Source: an uncultured Planctomycetota bacterium (GTDB taxonomy: Bacteria > Planctomycetota > Planctomycetia > Isosphaerales > Isosphaeraceae). From it: a DNA stretch of 64,000 nt. A program made the translations under genes and the position numbers. Location: NCBI GenBank assembly GCA_963845755.1, contig CAWJTV010000020.1, forward strand, positions 192,001 through 256,000, in the 5' to 3' direction. This document shows positions 42,437-51,906 of the stretch, one piece after another. The notes under the pieces are model-generated. The model did no database searches. It was not told where the DNA came from and saw nothing but the letters and a program-made list of their open reading frames with translations. The first letter of the stretch is position 1. Each line of letters begins with the position of its first letter.

Positions 42437-43680
42437 CTACTGGCCATGAGTCGCCGCAAGGCGAGCCACCCGCCGGTAGCGCTGACGCGCCCAGTCGGTC
42501 CATTCCGCGCGGAGCCAGTCGCGAATACGAGACTCGCGGCACAACTTGCCGTCCGCGGCGCTCGCCAGCTCGTCGAGCATCGTCTCATCGAGGAGACGGG
42601 TTGGCGAGAGCCAGCTCCGGACCAGCCAGGCTCGAATCTTGGGGTCGGTCGCGAGCTGACCGGCGAGGGTCTCCATCATCGACATCCCGCGCTCGCCGCC
42701 TTCGCGAATCATCTTCGCGATCGAGGCCGGCGGCCAGGGTGGGGGCTCGGTCATCCACCGGAGCGCATTTTTCGGGTAATCCTCGCGCTTCAAGACGGCC
42801 CAGGCTGCCCAGAGCTCATCCTGTGCGTCGACCAAGGTCGAACCGAGCAGGTCGGCGAGAAGGGAGTCCCTGACGATGGACTTCTCCGGCTCTCGGGGAA
42901 CCTCCTCAAGTTGACCTATGGCGACCATGAACTCCAGGAACAACTGGGCGCGATCCGGGTGCGGAGCGTTTCGGAGCATAGCGACGCCCTCAATCCACGG
43001 GGCCGATTCCGTCTCGCGGCCAGCTCGCACCTCGGTGACAACTCCCGGAGCCAGGTCGGCTTCTCCGCGATCGACGGCGGCCTGCGCCGAGCCGGCTTGA
43101 CGGCCCAACCGGCGCGCATGGCCAGCCTGCCGAACCAGCCGCTCGTAACCCTCGAGGAAGTGCCCGCCGTCCAGGAGACCTTTCGCCCAAACCCGCGAGA
43201 TCGCGTCGTACCGGGGATCGTCGAACGTGATGTTCCGAACCTCGTAGACCGTAGATTCGTTGCGTTGTTCCTTCGGGCTCGATGACGGACCAATCAACCC
43301 GATACGTGCTCGGCGTATCAACAACCTGGGGGGTAAAGCGTCCGGGGTTGGAGGGGCGAGTCGATCCGATTCCGATGTTGCCAGCCAGTCGCACGAGGTC
43401 GCGGGCCCGCCCAGCAACACGTCGGGCGGGTTGTGTCGTGCCGACAGGCGGCGGGATTGTCGCGGGGTTCGAGGATCAGCCAGGCGATCCGGGACATTTC
43501 CGACTGGGCCGGGCGTTCGGCGGCGACCCATTCGCCGAACTGGATTGCGATGCGGTCGCGATCGGCCCGCGGCCAGGTCGTTGCGATCACCAGTCGATCG
43601 GATTCCAGGCCGTCGCATCCCATCGGGACGAACGCGCCGATCGCCAGCAGGACCCCAAGACCGCGACGCACAGTCCTCAC
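42437..43680 (-). CDS. Divergent ABC substrate-binding-like lipoprotein, frameshift near 43445
   Basis: Signal ending MGC; LVIATTW, DVLLGG, DDPRYD, EGVAMLRNAPHPDRAQLFLEFM recall Fe/AfuA-type binding proteins. Confidence 0.55.
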
Positions 43681-45630
43681 CTCCCGGCCCGACTTCCGAG
43701 CGTGATCTGGAGGTTGACTTCCTTGCCCTCTCGCTTGACCACGAGACTCACCCGATCCCCGGGCTTGTGTTTACCCATGCTGGCCATGTAGTCATAGATC
43801 GTCCCCACCGGCTCATCCCCGAATCGCGTGATGATGTCTCCCCCCTTGAGTCCGCCTTTCTGGGCCGGGCTCCCCTCGCTCACGCCGTCGATCCGCATGC
43901 CGTCCTTGGCTTCATAGGCATAGTCGGGGATGGTCCCGACGTAGACCGAGCCCATACGGGCCGTGTCGGAACGCTGACCTCCGTGCTTCGGTTCCGACAC
44001 TTTCACCAACGCGGGTCGATCGGGGCGGCGGATGACGTCGAGCAGGAGCAGCTCCAGGTAGTCGGCGATCCGGGCCATGCCGGCGTAGTTGATCCGGTCG
44101 GAATCGTCGCTGGGGCGGTGGTAATCGCTATGAATTCCCGTGAAGGCGAACAAGACGGGAATACCCCGGGGATAAAACGCCTGGTGGTCGCTCCCGCCGA
44201 ATCCGTCGGTCATCCCGGAGACCTTCTTGATGGTCAGGCCGGCCGAGCTGCCCAGCACATCGACGAGCGACGCGAGACCAGGAGACGTGCCGGTGCCGAT
44301 CATCGTCAGCTCGTTCTTGTCGTTGAGCCGCCCGACCATGTCGCAGTTGAACATCATGACCGTCGAGGCGAGCGGGAACAGGGGATTCTGCACATAGTAC
44401 TGCGAGCCGAGCAACCCGCGCTCCTCCCCGGAGAATGCCATGAACACGACCCGGCGGGGCGGGGGATCGCGGCGGGCGCCGATCCGTCGCGCCAATTCCA
44501 GTATCATCGAGGTGCCGGAGGCATTGTCGTCGGCCCCGTTGTGGATGGCGCGCGAGAACACCGCGAGCGAGCCTGAGAAGAAGCCGCCGTGTCCCAGATG
44601 GTCGTAATGGCCGCCGATGACGACCGTTTCCTCCGAATGCGGGCCGCTGCCCTCGATCACCCCGATCACGTTCTTCGTCTCGATCGTGTGACTCTCGATC
44701 GCGACTCGCCCGGAGAGAGACCAGCCCTTCAAGGATGCGCGACTGCGGCTCGAGGCCCCGATCGATCTGCTTCTCCAGATCCTCCAGCACCGGCTGTCCC
44801 GCCGAAGAGAGCAGTTTATCGGCGAGGTCGCGGGTCAACATCACGATCGGGATGTTCGAGAACGGAACGGACCCAGCTTTCAAGAAGTTCAACAGCCGAT
44901 CGTCGTCCTCGCGTACCGTCGTGCGATCGTTGACGATGAGGACAGCCACCGCACCGTGCTGGAACGCGTTGGTCGCCTTGTGCTGGAACGTGGCCCAGTC
45001 CGTGGACCGCGTGTTGTCGTCCCGAGGGATCCGCCTGGCCTCCAGGGGGCTCGCCTTGTCGCCGGACTGGGGCTCGCGACGGAGGATCAAGACGGCCTTC
45101 CCCTTCACGTCGATGCCCGAGTAATCGTCATAATCCAGCTTGTGCGCTTCGTCTCGGGCCGTGATGCCGTAACCGGCGAAGACGACGGGCGCGGTCTCGA
45201 GCGTCGCACCGACGCCGATGGCCAGCGGGGTAAAGTCGGTCTTGAACGCGGCGGCGAGGGCCTGCCCATCTGGCCCGTGGAACACCAGTTCCTGATCCTT
45301 GGCGAGCGTCGGGTTGCCGCCGATCGAGAAACGCTGGAAGTAGCCGTCGGCTCCCGGCGCGGGCTTGAGTCCGGACTCCTTGAAGACGCCCGCGATGTAG
45401 TCGGCCGCCGCCTCAATCCCTTTCGTCCCCGGCTCTCGGCCTTCACGATCATCCGCGGCCAGATAGCTCACATCCGCCTTCAGTCTCTGCTCGGCGGGAG
45501 CGATGGCGCGGCTGGATTTGGCCACCGCCGTCTTCGTGGATTCCGGGTCTTCAAATGCCCTTGCCGCACACGCAAGCATCACGCTTAGGGTGATCGCAAT
45601 TGGAATGGTGAGGCGGGAATCTCCGGACAT
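43677..45630 (-). CDS. M28 family peptidase with PA and PDZ domains, frameshift near 44730
   Basis: YLAADDREGR, VVFAGYGI, GGHYDHLG, NGADDNASG, FSGEERGLLGS, SDHQAF, YHRPSD, SPAQKGGLKGGD. Confidence 0.9.
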
Positions 45631-45925
45631 CGTCGTCAGTAACCGAGTAGGCGGGCGCATGCAAACTTTCCTTACGCGAAGGGATCGGACGAGTCGCGAC
45701 ACCGACGGAGACGCCCATTCGTCGACCGAATCGGTGCGGCCATGCTATGAATCTCTCCGCGATCGTTCTTCGACGCGATCACAGCCGAGGGACGTTGAGG
45801 TCCGTCAATCCCTGCCATGATTCTGGAGACTCGCCGGTCTAGCGTCAAGTTGTCGGAGTGCATCGAGCCTTCGACGTGGCCTCGACGACTGGCGGACCAA
45901 TTTCGCTCGACTACCCGGAATACGA

Positions 45926-45963
45926 TGAAGGGCCAGCCGGAAATGCCCCGGGCTGGCCCTTCA
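45926..45963 (-). terminator. Hairpin downstream of the 46011-47708 gene
   Basis: 13-bp stem TGAAGGGCCAGCC/GGCTGGCCCTTCA; weak U-tract. Confidence 0.45.
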
Positions 45964-46010
45964 AGGTGGACGAAGTATGACCGAAATGGGCTCTATTTGG
46001 AGCGACTGGC

Positions 46011-47708
46011 TCAGTCGCTCGACTGACGCGGCAGTAGGTTGATGGCCCCATCGGGCACCAGGGAATTCACAGGTGGGACGGACATCATACCTCCCATACC
46101 TCCCATCATCCCGCCGCCCATCCCGCCGCCCATCCCGCCGCCCATCCCGCCCATGCCACCGCCCATGCCACCGCCCATGCCACCGCCCATCCCACCGCGC
46201 ATGCCACCACCCATACCGCCGCCGCCACCGCCCATCATCAGCGACATCGGAATGATAGCCAGGTCAGCCACCGGGTAGACGCGGATCTCGGTCTGCTTGT
46301 CTTCCGAGTCCTCCGATGTGATCATCAGGAACCCGTCCTTGACGGTGTACGCCAGGCCGAGTTGCTTGAGGATCAGTTTCAAGGTGGTCTTCAGCGGGAC
46401 ACCTTCCAGGTCGATCTGCACGGTCGAGTTGAGCGACCGTTCCGCCTCTTGCAGACCCAAGGGATCGACATAGATCGGGATGCCTGAGAAGGTCGGCGTG
46501 GTCGTCGCTTGCCTGATGTACTTCAACACGTCGTCCAGCGGCGTCTCATTGGCGAACGACATCGAGATCGGCTCGTCGAGCTTCTCGAGGATCTGGCGGG
46601 TCTTGGCGTCGCGGTCGAAGAGGTCCACGGCCCGGCCCCAGCGCTTGATCCGCTTCTCCGAGATAAACTTGAACCAATCGGCGTCGGGATACTCGATGAA
46701 TTGATTGTCGGGGAAAGGCACCGACGCCCGGACGATGTCCTCGGTCGTCATCAGGAAACGATAGAACTTGAGCTTTTTGAACTGCATTTCCTGATTGTAG
46801 AAATTCATGGCGTTGGAAACGAAATCGCCGGCGGCGGGCGCAGGGACGTTATCGCTGTAGGGCATGGGAGCCCCCCGCTGCAAGGCGTAGGCCTTCTGGG
46901 CGAGCAACCGGGCCTCGTAGAAAGGCTGGGTCGCGGCCTTGATGTCGCCGATGCCGCCGTTGTAGAGGACGTTGTAAACGCCTTCGCTCATCAGCGTGTC
47001 GAACTGGACCATCATCGAGCCGATGGTTTCCTTGTTGGCCTGGAACAGGTCGATGGCGCGGGTGCGTTGCTCGGAGGCGGACTCGAGGCGGAGTTGTTCG
47101 GCACGCTCGCCGACGATGCGCTCCTCAGCCTGCTGGGTAGAGATCATCTGGGCCTGGATGCGACGTTCGAGTTTCGCGCGATCCGCTTCCGGGACCGAGG
47201 CGGCGGAGCGGACGACGTTGAGCGTGAGGCGCATCAAGTTCAAGGCGGCCTCGGGCTGACGGGCGTCCATCAACTCATGGGCGTGCTGGAGCCGCTGTTC
47301 GACGTCGTTGGTCAACTGCTGGCGGGCAAGGTTTTCCGCGGCCTGGGTTTGTTCCAGGGTCGCCTGGGCATCGGCGGGAGTCTTGGCCGCGGGCTGATCG
47401 ACTGCGGGCGCGTCCGGAGGTGTGGCCGGATCCTGCTGCATGGCGACCCGGACGATCGAGTCTCCCGCAGATTTGAGCTGCTTGAGCTCCCGTGCCGCCG
47501 CCTCGTTGGTCGGGTCGAGCTGCAAGGCTTTCTGATAGAACGTTCGGGCCGTCGGCACCGCGCCCTGCGCGCGAGCCTGGCGGCCCAGGTCGGTCAGTTG
47601 CTTCGAGAGGGACAGATCCTCGGCACCGAAGGTTGAGACGCCGAACAGCAGCAGGCTGCCCAGCGTCAAGAGCTCGGTAACTCTCCAAGATCGCACGGTC
47701 GGAAGCAT
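46011..47708 (-). CDS. Secreted TPR / secretin-N (STN)-like protein with Gly-Met repeat tail
   Basis: Signal peptide; KALQLDPTN; LDEPISMSFANETPLDDVL..LEGVPLKTTLKLIL..RVYPVADL; (GGGM)n at ~46087-46235. Confidence 0.8.
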   Translation of the reverse strand: MLPTVRSWRVTELLTLGSLLLFGVSTFGAEDLSLSKQLTDLGRQARAQGAVPTARTFYQKALQLDPTNEAAARELKQLKSAGDSIVRVAMQQDPATPPDAPAVDQPAAKTPADAQATLEQTQAAENLARQQLTNDVEQRLQHAHELMDARQPEAALNLMRLTLNVVRSAASVPEADRAKLERRIQAQMISTQQAEERIVGERAEQLRLESASEQRTRAIDLFQANKETIGSMMVQFDTLMSEGVYNVLYNGGIGDIKAATQPFYEARLLAQKAYALQRGAPMPYSDNVPAPAAGDFVSNAMNFYNQEMQFKKLKFYRFLMTTEDIVRASVPFPDNQFIEYPDADWFKFISEKRIKRWGRAVDLFDRDAKTRQILEKLDEPISMSFANETPLDDVLKYIRQATTTPTFSGIPIYVDPLGLQEAERSLNSTVQIDLEGVPLKTTLKLILKQLGLAYTVKDGFLMITSEDSEDKQTEIRVYPVADLAIIPMSLMMGGGGGGMGGGMRGGMGGGMGGGMGGGMGGMGGGMGGGMGGGMMGGMGGMMSVPPVNSLVPDGAINLLPRQSSD

Positions 47709-48113
47709 GGTCGAGGTTCTCCAGGAATTGGAAAGGAACAGCACCTAACCGAGTGCACTCTGTTATTTAATAATGCTTGTGTGCAAAACCGATTGATCGC
47801 CCACGACCATGAAGATCGAGGACTCCGGATCGGCGCGTGACCCTCGGCAAATGCACAGGCACCCGATGAAGGAAGCCGGTGTCACGTCGAGGCTTCACGC
47901 CTCCGCGGGCGACGGGACGGATCGGATCGATGGTGATGCCGTAGCCCGAGAGGTTGGGGGGACCGAGCCTGTCGGGAGCGCGCGGGCAGGTGTTCTGACA
48001 CACGACTGCCGCTCAGTCCGTGATTGGGAAGCGGACGGCGCGCGGAAACGTCTGACGCGATGAGAGCGTCGCACCCGCTAGCCATCGCTGCGGGGAAGGG
48101 GAGACGGGTTGGC

Positions 48114-48461
48114 TCAGCAAAGCAGGGGGCGCCATGCGCAACCCTGGCACACGCTGCGCCGATCCCCTAGAAACCGGATCGACTCGCCGGGGATGACGAG
48201 GGAATCGAAAGACCGTTGCTCGGTGAGGCGAGGGGTCTTCTCTTCCAGAACCGTTTTCGGCCGTCTTCGGAGGGGGATGAATTTCGAGACCGAGGATGAC
48301 GGCGTGGGTGGCAGAGAGAGGAAGGATTGACTGGAAACGGCACGGACGACGCAAATCGTGTCGCATTCGTCACGATTCGCGCTCTCGAGCACGACTGAGG
48401 TGGCCGGAGCGAGCAGAAGACTCGCCACGAGGACCACGCATGTCGGGCATCGAGAACACAT
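48114..48461 (-). CDS. Small hypothetical exported protein / possible upstream leader ORF
   Basis: Hydrophobic N-terminus, Cys pairs, ends CQGCAWRPLLC*; GAGGG upstream. Confidence 0.4.
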   Translation of the reverse strand: MCSRCPTCVVLVASLLLAPATSVVLESANRDECDTICVVRAVSSQSFLSLPPTPSSSVSKFIPLRRRPKTVLEEKTPRLTEQRSFDSLVIPGESIRFLGDRRSVCQGCAWRPLLC

Positions 48462-48681
48462 CGACTTGCCCTCAAGGCTCGTTTGGGATCGGAACCGCTT
48501 TCGCAAACTCCGAAAGATCCCACACCAATCGAAAATTACCCGATCCGCCGACACCAGTCAATTTTTTCCTTGCTCTGAGTGGATAAGATGCACGGCGCAA
48601 CGTCCTAACGCGGCCTAGGAATGCCGACGAAATAACTTCCCGGATTCCGGAGGTACTTAGTGACTATCTCGGAAGGTCTTT

Positions 48682-48747
48682 GTAGGGTGCTCTGTGAGCA
48701 CCGATCCGGTGTACTTTGCCGAATTCGGTGCTCACAGAGCACCCTAC
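48682..48747. repeat. GTAG-type REP doublet
   Basis: Perfect 23-bp inverted repeat GTAGGGTGCTCTGTGAGCACCGA / TCGGTGCTCACAGAGCACCCTAC. Confidence 0.85.
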
Positions 48748-48840
48748 GAGACGGCCATTGAGGCTTCCAGGACAGACTCGTACTTACCAGCGGGTTTTCG
48801 GGAAGTTGTTTCGTCAGCGGTCCACGGCCGCAAGCCAAGA

Positions 48841-48927
48841 GGGATTCGAGATTCCGGATTCGAGATTCGAGATTCCCAAGGGAACGACTTCTGGATCGGG
48901 AATCTCGAATCGGGAATCCCGGATTCC
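48841..48927. repeat. Inverted heptamer arrays
   Basis: GGGATTC GAGATTC CGGATTC GAGATTC GAGATTC, then opposite-orientation GAATCTC GAATCGG GAATCCC. Confidence 0.8.
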
Positions 48928-49126
48928 CCAGATGTGCGCACCGCGCAGAGATCCGACGGAAGACTCCAAGCAGTGCTGGCCGACATGATCGATCTGTCAG
49001 CCGAAACGTCCGTCCCGCTCGGGATTCTCAAGCCAGCCGCTCGCCGGGTTGCAGCGGAACTCGCGTTGCGATAAGCTAATCACGAGTGACTCGGACAGTT
49101 GTCTTTTGTGGTTGGGGGCCGATCTG

Positions 49127-50215
49127 TTGCGAGACGACCTGATCGCCCGCTGGGCCGACCTCCTGGTCGATTATTGTCTGAAGGTCGAGCGGGGCGAGAC
49201 GATCCTGATCGGCTCGGAGCTCGAGGCGCGGCCGCTGGTCGAAGCCGCGAGCCGGGCGGTGATCCTGCGCGGGGCCCACCCGCTGGTCCGCCTGGAGCTA
49301 CCCGGGTTGCATGAGTTCTTCCTGGAGCATGCCGACGATGAGCAACTCGCGCACCTACCCGCGGCGGCGATGGCCGAGGTGAAAGCGGTGGATGCTCGGA
49401 TCCGGATCGCCGCGGCCGGCGACACGGATTCGATGAGCCGGGTCGATCCCCGGCAGCAGGCGAAATATGAGCGCGCGCGCGAGCCGATTCGCCGGGCCGC
49501 GCGCGAGAAGCGGTGGGTCCTCACGCAATATCCGACGGCCGCCTACGCCGCCGACGCGCGGATGAGCCGGGACGATTATGAGCGCTTCGTGCAGGGGGCG
49601 TTGTTCCTCGACACGCCCGATCCGGCGGCGGAATGGAAGGCGCTGGGACGGCGTCAGGCGGCCCTGGTGGAGTTCATGTCGCGGGTTCGATCGATCCGGA
49701 TCGAGGCCGACGGCACCGACCTGACGCTCGCTGTGGACGGCCGCACCTGGATCAATTCGGATGGCCGGCGCAACATGCCGTCGGGCGAGATCTTCACCGG
49801 GCCGATCGAGGACTCGGCCAATGGCCGGCTGCGTTGCGGATTTCCCGTCTGCCGCGACGGCCGCAGGCTGGAGGGCATCGCCCTGGAGTTGAGCCGGGGT
49901 GAGGTCGTCGCCGCTCGAGCCGACGCGGGCGAGGAGTATCTGCTGGCCATGCTCGATCTCGATCCGGGCGCACGGAGGCTCGGCGAGCTCGGGCTGGGGC
50001 TCAACCCCGGGATCGATCGATTCACCGGCAGCATCCTCTTCGATGAGAAGATCGGCGGTACGGTGCATCTGGCCCTCGGCGATAGCTATCCCGAGACCGG
50101 CGGGAACAATGACTCGGCCCTGCACTGGGACCTAATCATCGACACGCGGACGCGCGGTCGCCTCTGGGCCGACGACCGCCTCGTCATGGAAGACGGACGA
50201 TGGCACGTTGATTGA
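49127..50215 (+). CDS. Aminopeptidase (M29, AmpS/PepS-like)
   Basis: ADLLVDYCL, NMPSGEIFTGP, RRLGELGLG, LFDEKIGGTVHLALG, SALHWD; probable TTG start. Confidence 0.92.
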   Translation: MRDDLIARWADLLVDYCLKVERGETILIGSELEARPLVEAASRAVILRGAHPLVRLELPGLHEFFLEHADDEQLAHLPAAAMAEVKAVDARIRIAAAGDTDSMSRVDPRQQAKYERAREPIRRAAREKRWVLTQYPTAAYAADARMSRDDYERFVQGALFLDTPDPAAEWKALGRRQAALVEFMSRVRSIRIEADGTDLTLAVDGRTWINSDGRRNMPSGEIFTGPIEDSANGRLRCGFPVCRDGRRLEGIALELSRGEVVAARADAGEEYLLAMLDLDPGARRLGELGLGLNPGIDRFTGSILFDEKIGGTVHLALGDSYPETGGNNDSALHWDLIIDTRTRGRLWADDRLVMEDGRWHVD

Positions 50216-50302
50216 CTCGGCTCCTCTCTGATGACCACGGACAAATCGGACGGTGGATCACCGGTCGATTTCGACGGGATACCCCAACCAAGGGACGAAA
50301 CC

Positions 50303-51612
50303 ATGCGATGCGTTTCAGCGCGAGATCTCCGATTATGGGTGGTCGCCTGCGGGTTCCTGTCAGGGATCCCGGTCCTGGCGGCCCGCGGCCAGACCGAATC
50401 GACGGACGCCGCCTTGCACGACCGGGTGCTCCAGCTCGTCGACCGCCTCGACGCGCCCAAGGCCGAGGCTCGCGAGGCCGCCATGGCGAGCCTGGTCAAG
50501 CTGGGCCCCAAGATCCTGCCGATGCTGCCGGACGTGGCGACTCTCCCCGCCGGTAACCGCAAGGAGCAGATCGAAAAGCTCCGCGCCGCCTTGCGCAGGC
50601 CGAGGACGACATCAATCCCCATGCGAGCCGGGTAACCCTCGAGGGGAAGGGGATCCGGTTGACCGAAGCGCTGCAGCAGATCCAGAAGCAGACCGGCAAC
50701 ATCATCTCCGACGTGCGCGAGCGGCTCGGGGCCGAGGTGACGAACCCCGCGCTGGACCTGGAGATCCGCGATAAGCCGTTCCTCGAGGCCCTCGATCAGA
50801 TCGCGAAGCAGGCCGAGGTGATGACCGAGTTCTACACCGGCGACGGCTCGGTCGGCATCTCGTCGGGCGGGACTGCGGCGAAGACGCCGATCCAGTATAG
50901 TGGGCCGTTCCGGATCGCGCTGAAGCAGATCGGCGTGGTCCGCGACTTCGCGGCCGGCTCCTCTTCCGCTACCGTACAGCTCGAAGCCGCCTGGGAGCCG
51001 AGGCTCCGCCCCATGCTCCTGAAACTCAAGGCCGACGAGCTGAAGATCACCGACGACCAGGGCAAGGAGGTCAAGGCCCAGGTCGAGATGGAGTCCGATG
51101 AGGTGGTGGTCCGGCCGGAGAATCCGGTGGCCGAGATCAACCTCAACCTCCAGGCCCCCGAGCGCACCGCCAAGCAGATCAAGAGCCTCCGGGTCAAGGC
51201 CGAGCTGACGATACCGGCCGGCATCAAGGTCTTCCGATTCCCCAGCCTCGCCCAGGAGAACGTCACCAGGAAGCAGGGGGACGTGAGCGTGATGCTCCAG
51301 GGGATGGAAATCGACGAACAGGTCTGGAAGGTCAATGTCGAGCTGGCCTACCCGGGCGAGGGGCCTGCGTTCGAGAGCTATCGCCAGGGGTTGTTCAACA
51401 ACCGGGTCTGGCTCCAGCGGGCCGACGGGTCGCGGTTCGAGCAGAACGGCGGCTTCAACAACACCAGCGCCGATGGCGGCAAGCTCGGCTTCGAATACCT
51501 CTTCGTCGACGCCCCCGGCAAGCCGGCGGATTACCAGCTCGTCTACGAGACGCCCAGCAAGGTCGTCACCATCCCGCTGGAATTCGAGTTCAAGGACGTG
51601 CCGCTGCCCTAA
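50303..51612 (+). CDS. Secreted hypothetical protein (HEAT-like plus STN-like segments), frameshift near 50600
   Basis: Signal peptide, LVDRLDA..REAA..L; continues RVTLEGKGIRLTEAL..PFLEALD..FEFKDVPLP* with strong GC3 codon bias. Confidence 0.75.
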
Positions 51613-51649
51613 CGTGGCCCTCGGCCGAAACTCAAGAGCGATTCAAGAT

Positions 51650-51712
51650 GGAGAATCAATTCGGTATCGGGAATCTTGAATCGCCAATCTTGAATCGTTG
51701 AGTCTTGAATGC
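51650..51712. repeat. Degenerate heptamer array (GAATCTT-type)
   Basis: GAATCTT GAATCGC CAATCTT GAATCGT..GAGTCTT GAATG. Confidence 0.55.
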
Positions 51713-51906
51713 TCCGAATGCGCACGGCGCAGGGATCGTACGGAGAGAGAGATGCGACATCGGCTGGTCAGGTCTGTCTGGTAGCGATCGCCGGCGCTGG
51801 CGGTCCTGCGGGATTGGCTTACAATAATCGGCGTGATTCTGACGACCGGACGACTGCCGGTCGCCAGGAGTCGCCCGCCCGCGAATGACCTCCAGCGGAG
51901 TGCATC

